DNA of 64,000 bases from Octopus sinensis (Eukaryota). The translations under genes were made by a program, and so were the position numbers. Below, in pieces: positions 38,842 through 50,946 of this stretch (its first letter is position 1; the number at the start of each line of letters is the position of its first letter). The notes beneath the pieces are model-generated. The model was given only the letters and a program-made list of their open reading frames with translations, had not been told where the DNA came from and ran no database searches. The stretch is taken from assembly GCF_006345805.1 (NCBI RefSeq), contig NC_043005.1, positions 44,144,001 through 44,208,000 on the forward strand. Direction: 5' to 3'.

Positions 38842-38893
38842 TCAAAGCACTCTGATCCATCTTCCAATAGATTTCTTCAAAGCTTCCACCCAC
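38842..38893 (-). CDS. Candidate terminal coding exon (..WVEALKKSIGRWIRVL*)
   Basis: Strong acceptor tttcttatttatgtttgttacag|G; phase-2 frame WVEALKKSI resembles a PH-domain C-terminal helix; UTR-like sequence follows. Confidence 0.4.
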
Positions 38894-39911
38894 CTGTAAC
38901 AAACATAAATAAGAAATACGAGTTAGTGAGATATAAATGTAAAGAAGGAACATGAAACATTGTTTAAAACAAGAGAGAAACTGTTATTAATATCATTATA
39001 TATAGATATATAATGAGATAAGAGAAGTGATAGAATAGATGTTTATTCCATTTGTTGACAGCTGTTTCGTAATATGTATCTGGTTACATCAGCAGTACTA
39101 CATAATCCAACATACATATATGAATACACATATAAGTAATTATTTGGACTTTGGGTATACAGTTAGTAGTATGCTGGAGGATGCAACACAACCAGTTGTA
39201 CAGTATCCCACCCACAAGGGTCCAATGCAACACACACATATATATATCGTCAGTAAATCACAAATTGAAAAGAGAAGCACACTCCATTAGGGTCTGACAA
39301 GACATATGTAAAGCTAAATGCTTTATGGATGCAAAACCCTGGGTAACCCTGTGTGTGTATGCGTTTGTGTATGTGTATTTATGTGTCTGGGCTTATGTAT
39401 GTATGTATGTATGTATGTACGTACATACGTATGTATGTATTTGTGCTGTAATGTAATGAACAGACTACACATCAGAACATATCATGGCAAGTCAAACATC
39501 AGATTCTGCTATAATAAGCAAGTTTTCACATTATATATGTTTCACAGGCTTCCACCTTCTACAAATACTATAATGACCATATATGGAACTTACTATAGAA
39601 GCAAGAATAAGTCAATAAATACAAAAAAATTTCAGGAAAAGTTTAGTAAAATCAAAAAATTAAATAGAGTAAAATGAATTAATCATAAAGATTTATGTAC
39701 CAAAGACTTGGCCAAATATACCCATAGGGTTGGAACAAATAACACATACAATGAACAACAAAAACAAAAATAAAATAATTGAGAAAAATATGGAGAAAAT
39801 TAATAAGAGATTAATGAGCTTACATTGGGATCTGATTGATTATTTGAATCTTGTGTAATGTCACAGGATCCAAGAAACTGGCCTTATGAGTTTATGGCTT
39901 GGGAAAGATCT

Positions 39912-40266
39912 TTATTCTTTTACGTGTTTCAGTCATTTGACTGTGGCTATGCTGGAGCACCACCTTAAAATGTTTTAGTCAAAGAAATCCACCCTAGGAC
40001 TTATTCTTTGTAAGCCGAGTACATATTCTATCAGTCTCTTTTGCCAAATCACTAAGTTATGGGGACATAAAGACACCAACATCAGTTGTCAAAGTGTGAC
40101 ACACACTCAGAAATATTTACACACACACACATATACATATATGACAGGCTTTAGCCAGCCCAAGGTAATAGTAGACGACACTTTCCCAAGGTACCTTGCA
40201 GTGGGATTGAACCCAGAACCATGTGGTTGGGAAGGAAGCTTCTTACCACACAGCCACACCTGTGCC
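39912..40266 (-). mobile_element. SINE family A (internally deleted)
   Basis: Reverse complement of family A head and tail. Confidence 0.8.
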
Positions 40267-41289
40267 TTTGATTTTTTTTTGTCTCACCACTAGTATCTCA
40301 GTCAGTCAGTCAAGAAAATAAAATTCTTAACCAAATGTAAACAGTCCAACTTTTTATTGGTTCATCTGGTGAGGTCTATGACAGGTTTCACAATTTTGTT
40401 GTATGCTAAACACAGATAAGATTAGGTGTAAGTGCCTAGCTCATAAAAGCAGTTCAGGTTATATCTGCAAGATCAAATTGAGGATATTCAGCAGTGTAGT
40501 CTTACATGTTCCTAGGAAAGTTTATATATTGCTGACTAACTTCACACTTTAGAATCTTTTTGAGAGATAAATAAAATATTTAAAACATGGAAGAGTGGCC
40601 TATGATTGAAAGGCATGAAAGTTTACAGAGAAAAGAGTGAAGGACTGGTTAGTGATAGACAACAGAAAACTCAATTCCTAATAGATAAAAGAGTGACTAG
40701 GAATTGAACACTAACAAATCAGAAAGTAAAAATACAAGGAAAATATTGGCAATAGGTAAGCTAGTGTTGATTTATCTAAAGCATGGATTATTAAAAAGTT
40801 GACAAAAGATAATTATGCAGTGAGGAAAAAACTTTAGACAGTGATAAATATACTATTGAATTTTTCAGCAAGAAAACTTTTTGCTGCAAGAAAACTTACT
40901 CATCAGTAAGCAATAATATTCATTATTTGTGTCAAAGTTATGAAGAAAAATCACAACACGAAAATAAGGGTACAAAATTATATATTGGTTGTTGTAAGAA
41001 AACAGAAGTGTTTCAAGAATACATAATTCAGAAAAGTGATCCACATGAAAAACAATAGTTAATTTTGTGTCGGCATAACTAATGCAAGTGGGGTATTATT
41101 CATTCTCAAAACATTAATAGTTTGGCAGAGAATGAGAATTTTTGATGTGCCAGATTCTCAGAAGTAGTTCATAGCTCAATTAACTTTAAAATGAAGGCAG
41201 CTCGGATGGTTCACTTGCAGTTGCAATTAAGTCATTCAGATTAGGTTATATAATTAATACTGGCTGGTAGATTTATGAAAAGTCTAATA

Positions 41290-41520
41290 TCAAAGAGAGT
41301 AAATAGACTAAGTCAAGGAAATTATCATCTTTGTTGTCGATAAAGAGTTTTCCTGTCTGAGTAAATGACAAATTATATATGGTATATGCAAGGACTGAAT
41401 GGTAGTGAAATATAGATGATAATAGAGAAGACGAGCATCAATTGAAGGGAAATGAGCTGATAATGGTCTGTTGGATGTACCATATCAATTTACAAAACTG
41501 GAAGCACCACAATGTAGTCA
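41290..41520 (+). mobile_element. Highly decayed RTE fragment
   Basis: LKGNELIMVCWMY resembles RTE LERNEMRMVRWMC (compare 4270-4310). Confidence 0.4.
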
Positions 41521-41764
41521 CTTGATCTACAAGAAATAGCAGCCAAGAATCAAATGAATGAACAGCTGTGTTGGATGGCTTTGGGCTTTCTAAACCAAAG
41601 AAATAAGAATCACTATAATTTGACAAAAAGGAGGTGAGAAGAAAAAGCACACTTGTGAGCCAGTGGTTGTAGTATATTCATAAATGAATATTTGCCAACA
41701 ATCTAAATGACCTTCCTTGGGATGTGATTTTGTGGTTTACAAGTTTTGTGTACATAGCAACATA

Positions 41765-42404
41765 ACAATCTCTTTTGTTACCATATTTCTGCTGAAATAA
41801 GCTGCCTTTGTTTGAAAATAATGAAGAATTTAGTAAAATATAGTTATCATTAATAAGCTGGTGTTTTTAAGGTGGTAAGCTTATTGAATTGTTAGCATGA
41901 AGGATGAAATGTTTAGCAGAATTTCGTCTGTCTTCATGTTCTGAGTTCAGTAAAATTATTCCAGTTGAGTATTAGGGCCACCATATCAACTTGCCCCTCT
42001 CCTCTGAAATTGCTGGCCTTGTGCTAAAATTTGAAATCAGTATTAAATTGGTGTTTGAAAGGTGGCAAGCTGGCAGAATTATTAACATGCCAGGCAAAAT
42101 TCTTGGTAGCATTTAATTTTTCTTTCCATGCTCAGTTCAAATTCTGCTGAGGTTGACTTTGCCTTTCATCCTTTCGGGGTCCATAAATTATGTACCAGTG
42201 AAACACTGGGGTCAATGTAATCAACTTGTCTCCTCCCACAAAATTTCAGGCCTTGAGCCTTTATTAGAAAGGATTATTAAGTTGGTGTTTGGAATATAAG
42301 ATAACATGAAATTATGATGGAAGGTGTGACTCTTGAGCTCTTTAAAGCAGTTTGCGTCCAAGACCCAGAGGCAGTCTCAGGCAGGCAGGTTGGTATCCAA
42401 AGGG
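41765..42404. mobile_element. piggyBac-type MITE carrying two SINE B insertions
   Basis: Ends ..ttggtatccaaaggg|TTAA; reverse homology to 9351-9560; SINE B copies at ~41868-42040 and 42058-42280. Confidence 0.65.
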
Positions 42405-43112
42405 TTAAGCAGTACTTCAGTATGGATTACATTTCATGTTTGTCAGTAACTGATCAGAACTAAAATATTTATTGACCTGAAAAAGCTCTAATTTTTATAG
42501 GATACTGTTCTGACAATGTTTGAGGTCTCCACAAAGAAGAGTATCAGATATGAAAGGTCTAGCAGCTTCAAAGCACCAATTCCTCTTTTCATGAAACAGC
42601 TCAAAGCATTTATCATATTGCCATTTTTCACCTGAATTTTAAATCCCCATATTAAAACCAACGATAAAGAGAATCAAAGAATGAGTGTAAAAGTATAAAA
42701 CTCATTAGTAAGTCTTTTGCATCTTTCCTTTTTATTTTTGCAACTGTTTTTTTTTTTGTTTTTTTTAGGTGCTACACAATAAACAGTTTCTAGCTAACAC
42801 TAAATTTGAATTAAAAATTACAAACACGCATGTACATAAACTTTACATAAAAAAGCTTTCATAAACTTATATAGAAAAAAATGATGTGATACTTGCAAGT
42901 ATTAAAAGTTTTATTTGTAAAACTAAATGAATTAAAATGATTTGAGATGTAATATGTATCAGCCACAGATATATCTTGCAGCTCTGTCTGATGTTCCAGT
43001 TCAACATTGAGAAAAATTACTGCTTATTATTAAAACTTCCAATATTCAACAAAATCTAGGAACAGAATATACCTATTAAATATGGGGGAAATAGTTGATG
43101 ATTGTTACATAT

Positions 43113-43513
43113 AGGTACAGGCATGCCTGTGTGGTAAGAAGCTTGTTTCCCAACCATATGGTTCCAGGTTGTCTCACTGCATGGTACCTTGGATGAGTGT
43201 CTTCTACTAAAGTCTCAAGTTGACCAAAGTGTTGTGAGTGGGTCTGGTAGAGAGAAACTGGAAGAAGCCCATCATGTGTATGTGTGTGTGTGCATGCATG
43301 TTTTTATGTCTGTGTTTGTCTCCCACACAACTTGACAACCAGCGCTGGTGATGTCCGTGACTCAACAGTTCAGCAAAAGATACCAATAGAATAAGTACCA
43401 GATTTTAAAAAGGAAATAAGTGCTAGGGCCAATTCATTCGACTAAAACCCCCTCAAGGTGGTGTCCCAGCATGACCACAGTCTAATGACTGAATCAAGTA
43501 AAAGATAAAAAGA
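43113..43513 (+). mobile_element. SINE family A
   Basis: Full head-to-tail match, aagtaaaagataaaaga tail. Confidence 0.85.
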
Positions 43514-46500
43514 TATATATCTGTAAATGAATTTTCTGAACAAGGTTTAAGCTCATTAATTGATATGATATACTAAATACTGTATGTCTGGTATTGTTAA
43601 TAAAGACATCTGATGGTTTATGGAAAAACCTACAATATGGAGAGTGCTGACAGATTGTGGATAGAGGGAAAGGACTTTAAATATCCTGTTCAATGTGATA
43701 AGGAAATATTTTAAAGCTGAGATACCAAATGCAACAGAGAATTTTCATTAAATGTAGGAAGCAAAACTGAAGAACTAGCAATCATCGTAGTATTGAAAGA
43801 ACATGCAGGACATTATAAGAGTGAAACTGGGTTTGTAGAGGAGTTAATGATTCTGGTTTAAGTGGTTCAAAATAGGATGAAGCTGTGTTCTCTATAATGT
43901 GAGCAATTGATTTAAAAGGTAAAAGTGTAAAAAAGTTTTGTTTATTTTTTCATAGAAGAAAATTCTGTTTTATTAATCAGTGTAGAAAAGTGGTATTAGT
44001 CTCAACAAGCTGAATCCTTAAGTAAATTCAATGAACTAGTTTTGATTTTCCATTGGAACTATTTCATTCAAGTTTTTAATACGATTGAGAAATGCAAGCA
44101 CATCTTGTTTGCCTCTGCTTTGAACTCAATAGAGTAAAGCTATCCAGGAGATACAAGAGAAAAAGTTGAGCATTTAACTCAAACTAAGACACTTGCATGC
44201 AATATATATTGACTAATTGATTGATATCAAATACAAACTCGGTACTAGATAATGAATCAAGCAAACAGTGGAGCACCTCAATGAATTCTGTAGTCTTAGC
44301 CCTCCCCATTCTGAGTCCAAATCCTACAAGAGTTGATTTGCCCTTCCATTGACTGGTCATTTGGCATTTAGAATGAACCCAGATGTCTGAGACTAAAGTA
44401 TTTATTCTAGCATTTCATTGCTTCTACCACTCAAGTCACTTCACTTGTATTAAGCACAGACTAGACAATCAGGTACAATAAATATTTTTATTTCAACAGA
44501 CATTTAAATTATTTTCAGCTAAATCTCAAATACCAATAATATATATTTTGAAAGTAAACATTAATCATATTATTAACTATATTATCATTATAGTAAGTAA
44601 TTTCATAATTCTAATAATACAGTAAATATCATTGTTGTTCTTAGTTGATGATATCTAATGCTCCTACAACTAAGTGAGAAGAAATTTAATTTCCTTCCTT
44701 TTGACTTTATCATTCCAGTCACACAGTTTGCTTACAGGAAGTGTATTATATTCAACATAATCAAAATTAGCTGAAAGGGGTAGAAGACTTTTAATGCTCA
44801 ATTTGAAATAAGATAAGTCAGTTTATTACATAACACTTTGAATACAAGAATTAAAATATTTCAGATTGTATTGGTAGGCAGAAGGTAACTTGTGAAGAAG
44901 AAATTGATTAACAAATACTGTGATTTCCTTCTCTGTGTCATCGACATTTTTCAATATTTTCATCCGTCTGGATTAGATTTTAAAATTGTATGCTAGTATT
45001 AGATTGTCCCCTTACATAGTTCCTATTATTTTTGCCTTTTCATTATAGGTTTAAAAAAATCATTTGACTTTTTGTTCAGCAGATGCTTAAAAAACAAAAA
45101 AAATTACAATTCTATTCTATATTCAATAGTTTTCTCCAATTAAATTTAATTTTCTTGAATCGATTTAAATTTTCCTTTTAATGCTGCAATATACCTTTCA
45201 GCAAATATCAAAGGAAGTTTATGTAATTATATTATATTGTACTAGACAGTGCCACAATTAGAATGTAATTATAATGATATAATAGTGAACTTGTCTGTTT
45301 CTGTAGCAATTGGAAAATCTAGAAAGTATTTGAATAATTTACTGAATATAGGCTAAAGTAGAAATATAATTTGTACATACGATGACAAATTTCTGCACAG
45401 GAAGAATAGAGGATTTCTTACATTAAAGGAAGTTACTTACTGAACACTTCTAACCTAGAGGATGTAAAATTTAATGCCAAGTTTTGAATTGCAATAAAGC
45501 AGAAATAATCATCTACATATGCTCCAGGCATATTAAATATGAGAGCCAGCAAATTTGCAGCTTTTATACATTTAAATAACTGAGTTAAAATTTACCTTAC
45601 AAATTTATACTTAAGGACCGACCAGAACCTACCCAGATTCCTCTATTTTTTTAAAAGTTGTTTAAATCTTCTGTTCCACACAAAATATTAAACAATATAC
45701 TCAATAGTACAGTACAACTATTTACACTGAGGTATTGGTTAAGTGCAATCCCCTACCCCCATACAATGATGTTCTCTCCTCCCCATGAGTCTCTCTCCAC
45801 CTCAAAGCCATCAGCATGATGTTCACCCTTTCTCCAAACCCTAGCTCTGCCATCTGCCACAGAAATGCAATATAGATTTTTGTCAGAGACAGCTACAGTC
45901 CTCCACTGCTGATTTCGTCATTTTACCACAACAAGCCAGACTACATCTCTATATCTCTCCACTCCCTTGCATTTTCACTTCATGCACTATGCTTACCTCA
46001 CACTCCCCAATCCTGTCCTCTTGGCCTGTCCCACTGTATCATTGCTCTCTGCTAGACCCTGACCTGTGTGTTCCACCCACATGTATCAAGGAAACCTTTC
46101 ACACAACCTACCCCAACAAACCAATCTACATCTCTACGTCTCTTCTCTTCTTCACATTTCCTCCTTCATACATATTACCTGCCTCTCACTCCCCAATTCT
46201 GTTCTTATGGCCCTGTTCCTCTGTATTATTACTATCCAGTAGACCCCTGACTCTATATATACCCAAGTTTTCACCACACCCACTTCCACACTCTCTAATC
46301 ACGCTTCCTCACAATATCCTGCCACTTATATTATGACGCTCAAACCTCAAGGGTATACCCTGGCACTTGTCACCACCTATATCTCTCTCTTCCTTTACTC
46401 AACCATTCCATTTATATTCTGATCTCCGTTCCTTTTGAGTTTGCCCAGCACTCTACCACCATCTCTATCTTACCATCTCCCACTCTCTCTCTCTCCTTCT

Positions 46501-47315
46501 CATGCACTTCCCTCAGGTAGGGTAACCATGTATCTTCTTTGCAGCAGCACACCTGTTTCTGTTTTCATTTCTGATCTCTCTCTCTCTCTCCGGCCGGGTA
46601 ACTTTGTACCCCCTCTACAGCAAGACACCTGTTTCTGTTTCACTATAACCTTTCCTCATCTGACACAATATCACCTGCTCCAATTCCCCCTCCCCTCTCA
46701 AAAGAATTTTTTTTTTGGGTCTTGCAAGGTATTAGTGACCTTGTCAGTGCAGGTGCCACTTAAAAAGCATCCAGTTCAAATTGTAAAGTGGTTGGTATTT
46801 GTAAGGGGATCTAGCTGTAAAAAAACCTTGCCAAAACTGACCTCGCCTGTGCTTGAGCCTCGTAAAAAAGCACTAAATCCAATCTGCTTAGTGGTTGGTG
46901 TTAGGAAGGGCATCCAGCTGTAAAAATCCTGCCAATATAATCACAGAAGTCTGGTGCAGGCTTCTGCCTGGCCGTCTCCTGTCAAACCATCCCACACAAG
47001 CCAGTATGGAAGACAGACATTAAACTATGATGATGATAATGATATATATATAGCTCTCCCTTTAATTCATGAGTATAACCAAGCAAATATATATTCCATG
47101 TACTTTACAAACAGTGCCAGCTTCAAGCTAGAATCAACCTCCTAAATCTAGCAAACCATTTATTAGTTGTTCTAGTTCTTCATGACTTTCAGAAGTCAAA
47201 TATTTGAATAAAGTGAAATATATTTGGTTACTAAGTAACAGCTTTTATTTCTCTTTAGGTTGCAGATTATAAACACAGGCTAGACTGGCACAGCTATTTT
47301 CTTTAAATAAACCCA

Positions 47316-47398
47316 AATATATATAAATATATATAATATATATATATATATAAATAATATATATATATAAATATATATATTTATAAATATATATATAA

Positions 47399-47433
<35 letters not shown>

Positions 47434-47568
47434 AATATATATATATATATGTAAATATATATATATATATAAATATATATATATATGTAAATATATATAT
47501 ATATATATATATATAAATATATATATATATAAATATATATATTTATAAATATATATAAATATATATAA

Positions 47569-47599
<31 letters not shown>

Positions 47600-47636
47600 A
47601 ATAATATATATATATATGTAAATATATATATATATG

Positions 47637-47672
<36 letters not shown>

Positions 47673-47802
47673 TATATTATATATATATATATAAATATAT
47701 ATATATAAATATATATATATGTAAATATATGTATATAAATAAATAAATAAATATATATATATATAATATATATATATATATATACATCACACACACACAC
47801 AT
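47316..47802. repeat. AT-only degenerate microsatellite (ATATATAA-type)
   Basis: Direct observation. Confidence 0.95.
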
Positions 47803-48170
47803 AATAGAATGATAAATAAAGACAGCTTCTTTTTGTTTTTGTTTTTTAGTCAATTAACATGCTCACATAACTTTAAAGTTTATTTGAAATTACGTAAAGA
47901 TGTTTAAGTCTAAAATGTGCAGTGCAAATGGTTATTTCAGCTGCTTAGATTGCAAGTAGGGTTGTGAAATGGAATAAGGACTGACTGTGGTGTGTTATTA
48001 TTAATGAACATTTAGTTTTTTAATGTTCATTAGGGGGTGTAAATATGGATTTAATTGATAACAGGTGTGGATATGATGTAAGAGATTTATAACCCCTCCA
48101 CCACCAATGTACTAGGGAACTGACTACAGAAATTCCAGAATAAAAGTGTTGCTACAGAGTTTTGAAGTTT

Positions 48171-48620
48171 AATATAATATAATATAATATAATATAATAT
48201 AATATAATATAATATATGTATGTCATTATTCAGTTTTATTCAAGATTTCTTGCCAAGAGAAAAAGACGGTTTCTAACCTAGATCCAAAGCTCCTTCATTG
48301 GAATTTCAACATCAACAGGGTAGTTTTGAATATATATATATATATGTACAGATTTGTATGTTTTGTTTCATGTATGTATTCTCATGCATATAGTTGCATG
48401 TGTAGACATGCTCAGGTATACTTAAATGATAAACTGGAAAGTTCTACAAATTTTTATCTTATCCAGTGATAAGCTGGATCTGTAGTCTTCAAATCAGCTT
48501 TCTCCTTTCTGGCTTTGAGGAGCCTAATTTCTCAAGATTGGTACTTAGGCAGTACGTTACATATCCCAGTGCCCCAATAATTACAAGTATAAACCTGAAC
48601 TTGTAATCTGGGTAGAGTAA
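48171..48620 (-). mobile_element. 3' end of an RLE-type (R4/Dong-like) non-LTR retrotransposon
   Basis: LLYPDYKFRFILVIIGALGYV..LEKLG..LQIQLITG..KICRTF matches the RLE C-terminal VPxVIGALG..LG..Q..G.KI pattern; the 3'UTR runs into an (ATATT)n tract. Confidence 0.7.
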
Positions 48621-48865
48621 GTGTGTGTGTGTGTGGTGATATATATATGAATATAATCAAAAGGGTAATAATATAGATTGCTACCAGTGACCCAGCACAG
48701 AGGACGAATTAGTCATTAGACAAAATATTATTCATATAGAAAAATATTATTCATGTAGAAATATAATTAAGGGCTCCTAAATAAGGATGCCAAGTGCTAG
48801 GGATACAAAAATGGGATAAATTTATTGAGAGTGAAAATCAAAAATGCTTTTGATTTTCACTCTCG

Positions 48866-48896
<31 letters not shown>

Positions 48897-50021
48897 TGAA
48901 ACAACCAGAGCACATGAATTGAAAATTAAGGACACATGTAAAATAATGCTGTTAGAAGCAACTCAGTTGGTAAGTAATTTAGGCAGTTGCTGTTTCCCTT
49001 AAAATCATTTAGTTATATGTCAACAGCATTGCAGTAGAACTTTAACTATGAAGTTAAGTTATTCAATAAGACACTTCGCACATCCTCAGAGTAAGATATT
49101 TGAATAACTTAACCCTAATCAGAAATTCAACCTGAAATTTAAAAAGAAAATTTTAAAAAATGAACCATTTGAAGCCATAACTATATAGAGATGTTAACTA
49201 TACAAAGAAGCTGTTCTACTATAGGCAACATATTTGAATTAAATAATGCAACAATATAAGATATGAAGATAGAATGTAAAGACTTTTAAATAAATACTAC
49301 AAGCTTGTTGTCGTCGTCTAACGTCCGCTTTTCATGCTAGCATGGGTTGGACAATTTGACTGAGAATTGGCAAACCAGATGGCTGCACCAGGCTCCAATC
49401 TAGATCTGGCAGAGTTTCTATGGCTGGATGCCCTTCCTAACACCAACCACTATGAAAGTGTAGTGGGTGCTTTTATGTGCCACCTGCACAGGAGCCAGTC
49501 TACCGGCACTGGCAACAACCTCGCTCGAATGTTTTTTCACATGCCACCAGCACAAGTGCCAGTGAGGTGATGCTTGTAACAATCACACTCAAATGGTGCC
49601 TCTTACATGCCACCAGCATGGAAGCCACTTAGCTGCTCTGGCAATGGTCATGCTCGGATGGTGCTCTTAATGCTCCACTAGCATGGATGCCAGTCATCGA
49701 ATTTGATTTTGATTTCACTTACCTCAACAGGTCTTCAATTCAGCAATTTAATACTTCAACTAATCTATTGAACTGAACAACAACAACAATGCCGACAATG
49801 ATGATAATGGTTTCAAATTTTGGCACAGGCTTAAAAGTTTTTGAGAGGAAGAGAAGTTGATTACATCAATCCCAGTACTCAGCTGGTATCTATTTTACTG
49901 ACCCTGAAAGGAGATGAAAGGCAAAGTTGACCTTGGTTGAATTTGAACTCTGAATGTAAAGAAAGATGAAATGCTGCTATGCATTTTATCCAGCATGCTA
50001 ACAATTTTGCCAGCTTGTTGC

Positions 50022-50946
50022 AAGAGCACTCAAAGACTGCGAAACTCTGCCAAGGCAACACCAACATCTTCTCAACAATTAGCTAGAGATGATTTTTAAT
50101 ATGAGAATATCTGAAATAAACTCGACTATTCTCACAAACAAGAATGCTAAAAATGAACCTGACCACTCACTAAAATTAAGTTAAAAAAAAACTGGAAAAA
50201 TAATCTAGAATCCTTGTCTGATACCTGATCAATCCTAATGGTAGACATGGAATGTGAAGGTTTAATAATATTTAGTAATAAATAGTTTATCCTTATCTAA
50301 TACAAGCCAAAGTTAACAAATTCACAATTCAAAGTAGTTTCAATGGCGGAGTTAATAATAAGTTCTATTCAGGAATTTTTAAATGAATAGCATGAGACCT
50401 TTTGGTTTTCTCTTCTCTTAAATTCCAGCCTTCCTTTAGTATTCCAGTTGTTTTAGATCGCTGTGTAGATGTATGTATATATGTAAGTATACTGTAAAGT
50501 GCTAATATGTATGTATACTATATAAATTATATATTATAAAAATGTTAGTGTTATTTAATTTCTGACCGGTTTTGCTGCAGTTTGTTTATGTAGTTTGATT
50601 TCTTTATCCATCAGTTTCTACTAAGATAGAGACATGAGTAAAATTGATAATAGAGAAACAAAAATAAAACTTTGGAAACAGTCTAAAGGGAGATAGTTGA
50701 GAAAGACTTGAAAGTCAACATAAGATCATAATCGTGTAAAATAGAGTAAATATAACAAACAATCCAGAATCCTTGTCTGGTACCGGATCGATCCCAAGAT
50801 TTAAACATTTCGTGCCAGTCATGAGGCCAAACATCCCTGAAAGTTTCATCTGAATCCATCCAGTGGTTCTTGAGATATCTTGTCCACAGACAAACAAACA
50901 CGACTGAAAACAATACCTATGCCTTCACTGACGCAGAGGTTATAAT
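50022..50946 (-). mobile_element. Helentron-associated / DINE-1-like non-autonomous element
   Basis: 5' tataacctctgcgtcagtgaaggcataggtattgtttt then gtttgtttgtctgt; two core repeats (aatcc/tagaatccttgtctg at ~50203 and 50761); 3' ccttggcagagtttcgcagtctttgagtgctctt. Confidence 0.55.

Noticed and set aside
40860-40910. Minus-strand CTGATGA..GAAA hammerhead-like match
   Set aside because: Stems I and III are absent; the apparent stem II comes from a local 12-bp duplication.
42500-42631. Minus-strand frame EKWQYDKCFELFHEKRNWCFEA resembling PH-domain strands
   Set aside because: Weak acceptor and no usable donor at the position needed to join WVEAL.
45989-46923. 115-aa and 162-aa plus-strand ORFs
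   Set aside because: They lie in a pyrimidine-rich repeat that ends in the RTE-type tail and has a paralog at 3645-4172.
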